DNA of 64,000 nt from a virus (lineage: Duplodnaviria > Caudoviricetes): positions 55,584 through 119,583 of the IMG/VR virus record IMGVR_UViG_2600255075_000001; one strand, given 5' to 3'. Below the pieces are notes generated by a model that searched no databases, had not been told where the DNA came from, and saw only the letters and a list, made by a program, of their open reading frames with translations. Positions 19,556 to 27,098 of the stretch are shown in pieces. The stretch's first letter is position 1. Each line of letters starts with the position of its first letter. The position numbers were made by a program, and so were the translations under genes.

Positions 19556-20731
19556 TTAGCGGGTGTATCTATACAAATAACAGTTACCATGGCTAACAGC
19601 GCTTATGCCGTCGCGGGTCTTTTTAACTAAACGCCTTTGTTGTTTCTCGCTGATAAATTCGTCTGCGATTGGTTTTAGATCCTCAATCTTGATTTCTTGA
19701 GTTAAGACACTTTTATCCGTAGTCTTAACGATTTGGAAAGCTGCTCGTATATTATCGCTTGTACTCCATTTTAAAACTAAAATCTCACCAACATTAAACG
19801 GATTGGGTTCAGTTTCTTTCTTATCTGTCCATCCTTCGGGAATTTTCATTTCTTCGATTTCGGCATATGGATAGTAGCAGTAGCACCCTTTTAAATGCTG
19901 GTCAATGTAATCGCCGCTAACCTTCTTAGGATTTACCTTTAAAACAGTTGCCCAGAGTCCTCTTACTTTTATCAAATAACCTACCTTTACAGTATCTTTG
20001 CTATATTCAAAGCCTCCAATTTCATCCATGCGGTTTTGTAAATAAGCAAGTTTATCGACTTCGTATTCCATCCGATCTAGCAATTTTTGCAGCCATTCTT
20101 CATCATTTCTTTCTTCTGCCTTGACAATATACCTTTCAAGGCTACGAATTTCCTTTTGGCACTCCTCTATCCTGTTATTCAAATAAGGCTTACTATTGAG
20201 TTTTGTTTGGTCTGCTGTTGCATGCGCAGTTTCTGCTCGTTCCTTGAAATATTCGCTTTTTCGATACTCATCGAATCCTTTATGGTAACGGTTTAAAACC
20301 CTGTTTCTTTGATTTGTGAAAGCTCTACCTGCGCTGCTGTTTATATTCGGTTGCGTCAGCCATGACCAGTCTTTGCGCAATTCATCAAACTCCTGTTGCA
20401 ATCCTTTCGCTCTATTGGCTGCATTATCTGCGTATTCTTCATAGCGTTCCGCCCTACGTTCTGCTTTCTCCGCTTTCCGTTCTAGCTGTTCAGCATATGA
20501 CAAACGCTCGCCTTCCTGTCCTCCGTTTGTAAAGCCCAACTGTTCAGCAACCCGAAGGGCCGAATAATGATTATTCGTTGATTTCGACACCCAAGCTCCT
20601 GCATAGCTTGACCATGTAAAAAACCGCCTCAATTCTTTTTTCTGCACTTCTGGCATTGATTTGTATTCGTCTTTTGTAAAACGCAATTCAATTTTCTGTG
20701 TTTCACGATTTAAAATGTATTGGTTTGACAT
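19556..20731 (-). CDS. DUF3560-like protein
   Basis: ERKAEKAERRAERYEEYA...QPNI...RA..A pattern; AGGAGG RBS. Confidence 0.7.
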   Translation of the reverse strand: MSNQYILNRETQKIELRFTKDEYKSMPEVQKKELRRFFTWSSYAGAWVSKSTNNHYSALRVAEQLGFTNGGQEGERLSYAEQLERKAEKAERRAERYEEYADNAANRAKGLQQEFDELRKDWSWLTQPNINSSAGRAFTNQRNRVLNRYHKGFDEYRKSEYFKERAETAHATADQTKLNSKPYLNNRIEECQKEIRSLERYIVKAEERNDEEWLQKLLDRMEYEVDKLAYLQNRMDEIGGFEYSKDTVKVGYLIKVRGLWATVLKVNPKKVSGDYIDQHLKGCYCYYPYAEIEEMKIPEGWTDKKETEPNPFNVGEILVLKWSTSDNIRAAFQIVKTTDKSVLTQEIKIEDLKPIADEFISEKQQRRLVKKTRDGISAVSHGNCYLYRYTR

Positions 20732-20784
20732 ATTTATTCCTCCTATAAAATCGAAATTTCATTGCCTGATTAAAACGTTTTTTG

Positions 20785-21240
20785 TTACTCTTTCCATCCC
20801 TTTTTAATCGTTGCAAAATCGCCAACTTTAATTATGTGAGCTTTTGTTTTACTCTTGTATATCCTAATAGTAACCGAGTTGTCATCTGCAAAATGAACAG
20901 TTCCTTTGCCGCTCATCTCACCAAATATTGTATCAACCGTGTAACGGACCTTATCTCCTTGATTTAAAGACTGGATAACTTCTCTTTGCATAATTGTTTG
21001 AATGAGATCCACTGTCAAATCATACTTTTCGGCATACTCAAGTGCTTTTTCATATGGCAGACCAACCATACAATAATTCCCCCAATAAGGAGCTACAAAA
21101 CCGCTGTCACGCCTATACGATTTAATATTATTTTCTTTTATATCTAAATCAATCAATTGCTGGAGCGTCTTATACTCCTCTTCTGTTCGGTTGTATATGT
21201 TAATTCGAGCCACCTTATTTATTCCATTCACATTGAGCAC
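20785..21240 (-). CDS. hypothetical protein
   Basis: 151-aa ORF between repeats 20745 and 21289. Confidence 0.65.
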   Translation of the reverse strand: MLNVNGINKVARINIYNRTEEEYKTLQQLIDLDIKENNIKSYRRDSGFVAPYWGNYCMVGLPYEKALEYAEKYDLTVDLIQTIMQREVIQSLNQGDKVRYTVDTIFGEMSGKGTVHFADDNSVTIRIYKSKTKAHIIKVGDFATIKKGWKE

Positions 21241-21312
21241 CCCATTATTGTTTTTAGGCTTTGCAACTTTCTCATTACATTAAATCAAATAAAATCAAAC
21301 TTTTATCGTTCA

Positions 21313-21747
21313 TTAAAATACAAAACCTTTATTAAATATGATTTCGATCATTCTTTCATATTCCGATTGTGGCTGGTTAATTCTATCCGATTCAAATGTA
21401 AATCCTCTACCGCATACACCAATTAGTCCATTTTCAATGAGAATATAAAATAAATGTTTATTTCTGGGCTCATATTCCTCTATGTATTCAATTACTAAGT
21501 TTTGTTTGTAGATGTTTTCTTGATTTACTGGTCCTCCACCAAAGAAATGTGACACAAGAGAATTATAGAGATTATATATATTTGCATTTATTAATAAGAT
21601 TACGTCTTCCGTATTTAACACCTTATTCTTTACTGCTTGAATCGCTTTTTTAAATTGAGTTTTTGATTCAAATACTTTTTCGGTAACTGCAAAATTAAAC
21701 ATTTTCACTACCTCCATTATCCCATCTGAAAAAATACTTGCATACAT
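21313..21747 (-). CDS. hypothetical protein
   Basis: ORF; likely start at internal Met behind GGAGGT. Confidence 0.6.
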   Translation of the reverse strand: MYASIFSDGIMEVVKMFNFAVTEKVFESKTQFKKAIQAVKNKVLNTEDVILLINANIYNLYNSLVSHFFGGGPVNQENIYKQNLVIEYIEEYEPRNKHLFYILIENGLIGVCGRGFTFESDRINQPQSEYERMIEIIFNKGFVF

Positions 21748-21755
21748 TCTTTTAT

Positions 21756-22181
21756 TTATACTGCTATGTATTTTGATTTAGGAGAATTTTTCTTATGATA
21801 TTCAAGCTGCCATAACATTAATTCTTTAGTATTATAAGCTTTGCCGATTAGTCTGTTTTTACCTTTGACGCTAGTAGCTTTATCAATTACATGACTCCGC
21901 TCACCATAGTAATATTCTCGTGTATTCTTTTTGAATATGGAGAGAATCCAATACATGTTTTTTTCTTTGTTATTATTGATGTTAGTATAGATAAAACCTC
22001 TATTTCCCCAATGACTAGAAATTTCAGAAAGCCGGTTAATTATAGCTTTTTCATCTGGAAAGAATTCGTACGTTGCAAAAACTGAATCGAGTTTACTTAC
22101 AATTGGATCAGTAGCTCCATAATATATTTCCGTTTTACCCTTACTGTTAGAAAACTTTGCAATAACGAAGGCATTAGACAT
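21756..22181 (-). CDS. hypothetical protein
   Basis: 141 aa, AAGGAGG RBS. Confidence 0.7.
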   Translation of the reverse strand: MSNAFVIAKFSNSKGKTEIYYGATDPIVSKLDSVFATYEFFPDEKAIINRLSEISSHWGNRGFIYTNINNNKEKNMYWILSIFKKNTREYYYGERSHVIDKATSVKGKNRLIGKAYNTKELMLWQLEYHKKNSPKSKYIAV

Positions 22182-22208
22182 TCTAAATCCTCCTTATATT
22201 ATTTTCTT

Positions 22209-22304
22209 TTACTTTATTATAAGACTTCCAACAATGGTTAATTTTTGTTGTTCCTTTTTTAGCTGCCATTTACTCGCAAGGATTGCCAACGCTGTTTTAC
22301 TCAT
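22209..22304 (-). CDS. 31-aa peptide, first gene of early operon
   Basis: GAGGTGG RBS; MSKTALAILASKWQLKKEQQKLTIVGSLIIK. Confidence 0.45.
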   Translation of the reverse strand: MSKTALAILASKWQLKKEQQKLTIVGSLIIK

Positions 22305-22353
22305 TGTTTTCCACCTCATAATAGTTTTTGTTTTATCTCTTCTTCTTAACTTA

Positions 22354-22400
22354 ATTATGCCACATTCAACTATTTAAATCAATTATTATATTCTTTTATT
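22354..22400 (-). promoter_or_regulatory. sigma-A-type promoter with adjacent AATAAAAGAATATAAT box
   Basis: TTGATT-N17-CATAAT; box immediately upstream of -35. Confidence 0.6.
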
Positions 22401-22430
22401 CTGTAATTGTAAAGCCCAAATTTTTGGGCT

Positions 22431-22868
22431 TCAATCTTTATGTACAATGTAGAATCGATTATCCTTTTCCACTACTCGATTAAATGTAAACAGATTCTCT
22501 ATAGGTTCATCAATAACCTTTGATAATTTATACATTGTTTTAACGTCAAGGTTGTTATCTTTAAAAATTTGACTCACACGCTGTTTGGTTAAACCTCCAA
22601 GTAATTGTCCCAGTTGCTCCTGAGTTAACCCCTTCTCTTTTGTTACTTCCCTTAGTTTGTTCTCAAACCCTTCGGCCTTAAACACTTCAATTTGTTTATC
22701 AATATATTGCGATGCCTTAGATGAATGATAAATTTCTTTGCAGCTATCGCATTGAACAGCAGGAATGTTTTCAATAACTAAAGTTTTCCCCTCCACGGTT
22801 TGCTCAATGGTATCCATTATAGGTGACAATTGCTTAGATCCGCATTCGACACACACTTTTAATTCCAT
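22431..22868 (-). CDS. YgiT/MqsA-type Zn-finger + HTH antitoxin-like protein
   Basis: CVECG...IENIPAVQCDSCKE plus LTQEQLGQLLGGLTKQRVSQI HTH. Confidence 0.85.
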   Translation of the reverse strand: MELKVCVECGSKQLSPIMDTIEQTVEGKTLVIENIPAVQCDSCKEIYHSSKASQYIDKQIEVFKAEGFENKLREVTKEKGLTQEQLGQLLGGLTKQRVSQIFKDNNLDVKTMYKLSKVIDEPIENLFTFNRVVEKDNRFYIVHKD

Positions 22869-22910
22869 GATTCCACTCCCCCATTTTCCTTTTAAAGGGC
22901 GAAAGCTTCA

Positions 22911-23207
22911 TTAGTTCGCCCTAACCTGGTTATCCATAACAGTTATAATAACGATTAATTCATCCGGATTATGTACAAACTTGATAGCTAACCTATGGTC
23001 GTGCTGTCCTCCTTTAATCTTATAAGATGTCACACCGTCAGGATTGTTTGTATCGGTTCTTAGGATCTGATTAGGATTCGTCAGGATATCTCGAACATCA
23101 GCATCTGTTAAACCCCGTTGAATCATTTGTATCCTTGCATGCTTAGTCATAAAGTAATTACCCTGAGTTGCAAGCGATTGAATTTTAGTAAGTACCGCTG
23201 AAACCAT
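22911..23207 (-). CDS. DUF4258 (RelE-like) putative toxin
   Basis: TKHARIQMIQRGL ... LIVIITVM; directly upstream of antitoxin-like gene. Confidence 0.8.
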   Translation of the reverse strand: MVSAVLTKIQSLATQGNYFMTKHARIQMIQRGLTDADVRDILTNPNQILRTDTNNPDGVTSYKIKGGQHDHRLAIKFVHNPDELIVIITVMDNQVRAN

Positions 23208-23360
23208 TATGTATCAACTCCTATCTATAAGTCAAGTATACACTTTACTTTTGACAAAGTCAATAAAATAATTGTATATTACATAGTTTAATTATATTAA
23301 TTTTCAATCAAGAAAAACTGCCCGTCTGGTTTATTAGAACGGACAGTAAGTAGTTTTATA

Positions 23361-23723
23361 TTACTCCATAAGCTTTTTTGCTTCATTTTCCTTTCTACGA
23401 TAATCAGTAAATACAACCATTCTATCAGCCCCATCAGTCTTTAAAGCATACAATATTTCATATCCCATAAGTTCACCGACAATGTTTAATAGGTTAGTCT
23501 CATCACCTTCTTTAACTTTTTCTTTCCATTTAGCATGATAGGCGTCAACCTTCTTTTGTGTACTTTCTGTATCAGTTACATTGTGCATGACATCGTAAGC
23601 TATACTCTCCATTACCGCTTTAGTATCTTTAACAAACTCGCTGTTCATACCACAGGCAGACAAAGTTAAAACCGATAAACATAGTAAGACAGTTATAATT
23701 GTCTTAGATAGACGTTTAATCAT
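23361..23723 (-). CDS. lipoprotein
   Basis: Signal peptide with lipobox LSAC. Confidence 0.8.
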   Translation of the reverse strand: MIKRLSKTIITVLLCLSVLTLSACGMNSEFVKDTKAVMESIAYDVMHNVTDTESTQKKVDAYHAKWKEKVKEGDETNLLNIVGELMGYEILYALKTDGADRMVVFTDYRRKENEAKKLME

Positions 23724-24363
23724 AGTAAGTTACTCCCTCATATTGGTTAATTTATGCAAATACATTTATATACCGTTGGACCTATATTGGTCTAGCAAAT
23801 TTTAGGTAGTTTAGGTAGAAAGGTATATATGTTAAGATTAGTTGTGTGAAAGGATATAAGTAATGGAGATACATAAGGATAAATGTTGGGTGGATTAGAT
23901 TAGATAGAGTTGCGATTAATATAGATGGAAATATAAAGTGTAATCATATATTAGTGATCACAAAAAGCAAGCTAATGTAAACTTATGTAGTCTTAAAGTA
24001 GTAGTAAAATGTAATCATAAAGCAATCAAAAATGTAAAAGACTTTTGACATGTTACAATTGTTACTAGGCGATGATAGCACAAAGTAGATAGCCAATTAG
24101 ATATAAATCAGCGCTCTCTTTTTGCTCATTCATTACAATTTTAAACAGAATTATTACACAAGTAAACAAATATAATACTCTATACTTCTCAACACTTCAC
24201 TTTACCATACAACATATATTATATAGTAAATAAGGGGGGGTATTTTACATCAAAGAGCCGGTTCAATTTCAAAAAAGAGTCCGCAGCACTTCTACTCCTA
24301 GACTCAACTTATAAATTTTCTCATCCTCATTTTCTTCCTCATCTTAAATTTCACCTAAAATTC

Positions 24364-24413
24364 TATCGTAATCCCTATCGTAGGCCTATCGTAATATTGC
24401 CGTAACCATCGTA
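24364..24413 (+). repeat. phased short direct repeats (T/C)ATCGTA
   Basis: Copies at 24364, 24376, 24387, 24407 (partial at 24399). Confidence 0.7.
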
Positions 24414-24829
24414 ATATCCATCATTTAACGATACCCTTATTAGCCTAATTTTCTCACCAAATTCACCAATTCAACACAAAAAACCCTTGTACAATAAGGG
24501 TTTACGATATGATTCGTTACTAAACTATTTACTTTGACAATTTTATGCACAATAATCCTTATACCTACAACGATTCCAGATATCTAATTTGCCCAGTTTT
24601 AATCAACGCTCGATATATATCTATCGACAGATAATCAAATCATAATTTATTCAAAATACGAACCGTAAACGACTTGTGCTTATAATTTCATTTCTAAGTC
24701 AAAATTCAACACAATTATTAATAGATTTCCCAGGTCTAATACTTAATTAATGGTTTCATTCGTTTAACACAGTTGCATCAATAATTCATTGATTAATCTG
24801 TGGTATTTTCATGTTTACACTTTAGTCAG

Positions 24830-24944
24830 TTAAAAACATAGAAAATGGCATACACCTATAATAGAATAATTAATATATCTATTACTTATATTATATAATA
24901 CATATTACTCTATTATAGGTGTATGCCAAAATCTATGTTTTTAA
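24830..24944. repeat. 41-bp inverted repeat (37/41 match) with 33-bp AT-rich spacer
   Basis: Arms 24830-24870 and 24904-24944; perfect 20-bp core TGGCATACACCTATAATAGA. Confidence 0.92.
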
Positions 24945-24948
24945 ACAT

Positions 24949-25695
24949 TTAACTTTTTCTCCCAGAAATTGAATAAACGTTTGCTTTTGTTGCTTCTCCC
25001 CTTCTATTGCTTTGATTGATAGTAATATAACCCTTGCTTTGAAGTAACTCTAAGTATCTGAAAATCGTCCTTTTAGGAATACTAATACTTTTTTCTAACT
25101 GGGTAATGCCTATATCAAAACCGTTTAAAAATAAATCGCACTTATGACTAATGTATTGATAAATGTAAAATCCATTTAGTCCTATCTCGTCTTGGAGTAT
25201 TGTTTGAAAACACACGAAGTCGAATACATGAGTGTTGTCAATTACGAAATATGTACCATCTTTGATCCCAATCTGCTTACTCTCCTCTGTTCTGTAAAAT
25301 GCTTTTAATGGCTGTTTTATAAAATAATTTTTGGACATATCGACTAATCTTCTGGTTTCTGCATCTAAACTAAAATATGTAGTAAAACTTAATTCTCCAG
25401 TCTCATACTTATATTGCAAAGGAAAATCCCTTGTTGAATGAGTTAAGCCAATCCGATCTGTAAGTCCATTTCTTTTTATAATTTTATTAATATTAGTGTA
25501 GCTTGATGAATACCCAAGCATTTGTTTAATTTTTTCAGCAGGTATTGGATACTTACAGTAGCGATATAGATAACACAAAAGACAATAATAACAATAAACA
25601 GTTGCAATGTTGCCAGTGTTGATTCCGTCAAAATTTTTTAAGTCATCAAATATCTCGTTATGGATATATACGAGTTCTCTTCTTCTCATTGCCAT
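24949..25695 (-). CDS. protein with C-terminal winged HTH (replication initiator/regulator-like)
   Basis: GITQLEKSISIPKRTIFRYLELLQSKGYI...NVY wHTH. Confidence 0.7.
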   Translation of the reverse strand: MAMRRRELVYIHNEIFDDLKNFDGINTGNIATVYCYYCLLCYLYRYCKYPIPAEKIKQMLGYSSSYTNINKIIKRNGLTDRIGLTHSTRDFPLQYKYETGELSFTTYFSLDAETRRLVDMSKNYFIKQPLKAFYRTEESKQIGIKDGTYFVIDNTHVFDFVCFQTILQDEIGLNGFYIYQYISHKCDLFLNGFDIGITQLEKSISIPKRTIFRYLELLQSKGYITINQSNRRGEATKANVYSISGRKS

Positions 25696-25710
25696 AATTT
25701 GAGTTTACCT

Positions 25711-26763
25711 CTAGGCCCTGTTAGCAATCATATTACGAGCTGCCGACCTAACTTGATACCCTAGGCCATTCTTGATTCCCTTTAGTAAGGAGATAAGTTC
25801 TTCGCGAGACAGTTCCTCAAATATATCTTCTTTGATGTCATTTTCCATTTGGATACCGGCCATATTCTCCATTCCTATTTCATTGTTCGCATAGATCATT
25901 GTTGTATTAACGTTTTTGTGATTCCCTTGTCTTTTAGCTCTATGGATATCACCTGTGGTCTCAAGTTCCCAATTAATCGCCACGGTTTTCAAACTGTGAA
26001 AAACGATATTTCTATGCTCCGGTATTCCGAGTTGATTCCTAATTTTTTTCATCATAGCAGAAATAGTCTTAGGGGTAATATGAAAAAATTTGTTATCTGT
26101 GTATCTCTTGCAATAGTGTTGCTGTCTAAGATCCATTAAAGCTTTATATAAGTCCGGACGAATAGGTTTTTTATCTTTTACTCCTCCTTTGTCAATTACC
26201 TCAACAATGTAATATTCACCACACTCAGACTGGCGAATATTATCCTCTTTTAATGACAGTAATGCGCCCTCCCTTATCGAAGTTGTATATGCCAGTCTGA
26301 TTAATACGGATTTCTCAAGACCTTTATCCTGGCTTAAAGCAAGTTCAGCAAACAATCGAGCTTCATCCAAAGTTAGCTTTCCGTAACTTTGGCTATCTGC
26401 TGGCAAAAAATCTAACCTCAGTATGTTGCTCTTAATGGGATACTCGTTTCTTTCAAGATGTTCGAAGAGACTCAATACTGCGGCTATGTAAGCATTAACA
26501 GTAGTTTTTTTGTTGTATTGATCAATAAGATACTTCTGGTAACGAATCATATCAACATTCCTAAACTGCAGATCCTCACGCTTTAAATCTTCAATATTTT
26601 TATTTTTCATATACATGAAAAATTTTCTGATACCTCTTTCGTAATTTTGTGCTGTGCTGGCGCTTTGAATCTCATGCTTTGATAAAAAAGCTTGAATATC
26701 TTCATATACTGAATCATGATGCAGACTCACAATATTGTTTGTTGCTTTGTTCAACCTAATCAT
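25711..26763 (-). CDS. tyrosine recombinase-fold protein (YopP-like)
   Basis: TSIREGA (R), KGG, FHSLK (HxxR changed to HxxK), GNH..TTMIY. Confidence 0.82.
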   Translation of the reverse strand: MIRLNKATNNIVSLHHDSVYEDIQAFLSKHEIQSASTAQNYERGIRKFFMYMKNKNIEDLKREDLQFRNVDMIRYQKYLIDQYNKKTTVNAYIAAVLSLFEHLERNEYPIKSNILRLDFLPADSQSYGKLTLDEARLFAELALSQDKGLEKSVLIRLAYTTSIREGALLSLKEDNIRQSECGEYYIVEVIDKGGVKDKKPIRPDLYKALMDLRQQHYCKRYTDNKFFHITPKTISAMMKKIRNQLGIPEHRNIVFHSLKTVAINWELETTGDIHRAKRQGNHKNVNTTMIYANNEIGMENMAGIQMENDIKEDIFEELSREELISLLKGIKNGLGYQVRSAARNMIANRA

Positions 26764-26921
26764 CTCCCCTTTTATTTACTAACAATTTATCATTATATAG
26801 TAAGGTACGTCAACAATATAAATATTTATTGCATTCTTTTGTTTTATATGCTACCTTTATTTTAAATAGTTTGCTAAGAGCAAATTATAAAATGATAATG
26901 GAGGTATGCAATTTAGTGCGT

Positions 26922-27098
26922 ATGATTGGAGCTTCTTTTGCTAGTTGGCAAGATAATTATTATGATGGGGTTGAAAATGACGAGTTTGAATACCGTGGTT
27001 TAGAAAAAGAGATGTACGATGAATATATAAACGATACTTCAGACGATTATTTGTTGGCACTTAAAAGGCAAGGAGGTAAAAACAATCAGTCTAGATAA
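26922..27098 (+). CDS. small acidic hypothetical protein
   Basis: Part of ORF 26829..27098; GGAGG upstream; start uncertain. Confidence 0.4.
   Translation: MIGASFASWQDNYYDGVENDEFEYRGLEKEMYDEYINDTSDDYLLALKRQGGKNNQSR

Larger units (their letters stand above)
36..21306. repeat. Dispersed 18-bp palindrome ATRAAA-N6-TTTYAT at gene junctions
   Basis: Strict copies start at 36, 320, 1341, 1904, 2747, 4928, 6022, 6837, 7114, 7507, 7726, 8452, 8770, 12029, 13362, 13993, 15091, 15962, 19507, 20745, 21289; degenerate copies at 866, 1109, 4574, 5718, 7811, 9157, 16287; further strict copies at 30251, 43967, 46015, 60774. Confidence 0.93.

Noticed and set aside
36-21306. CRISPR array interpretation of the recurring palindrome
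   Set aside because: Intervals are 0.1-3 kb and contain genes, repeat centres vary, and no cas genes are seen
1680-21426. Many plus-strand ORFs of 60-120 aa in the ORF track (e.g. 1680, 4590, 6079, 18094, 20087)
   Set aside because: Antisense shadows of better minus-strand genes, with no RBS and atypical composition
23361-23723. Possible arbitrium AimP peptide
   Set aside because: 120-aa lipoprotein with lipobox; no TPR-containing AimR gene in the window
23724-24948. tRNA genes or protelomerase telomere site in the non-coding region
   Set aside because: No cloverleaf/T-loop pattern recognised; the IR has a 33-bp non-palindromic centre, unlike telRL-type sites, and no TelN-like gene is seen
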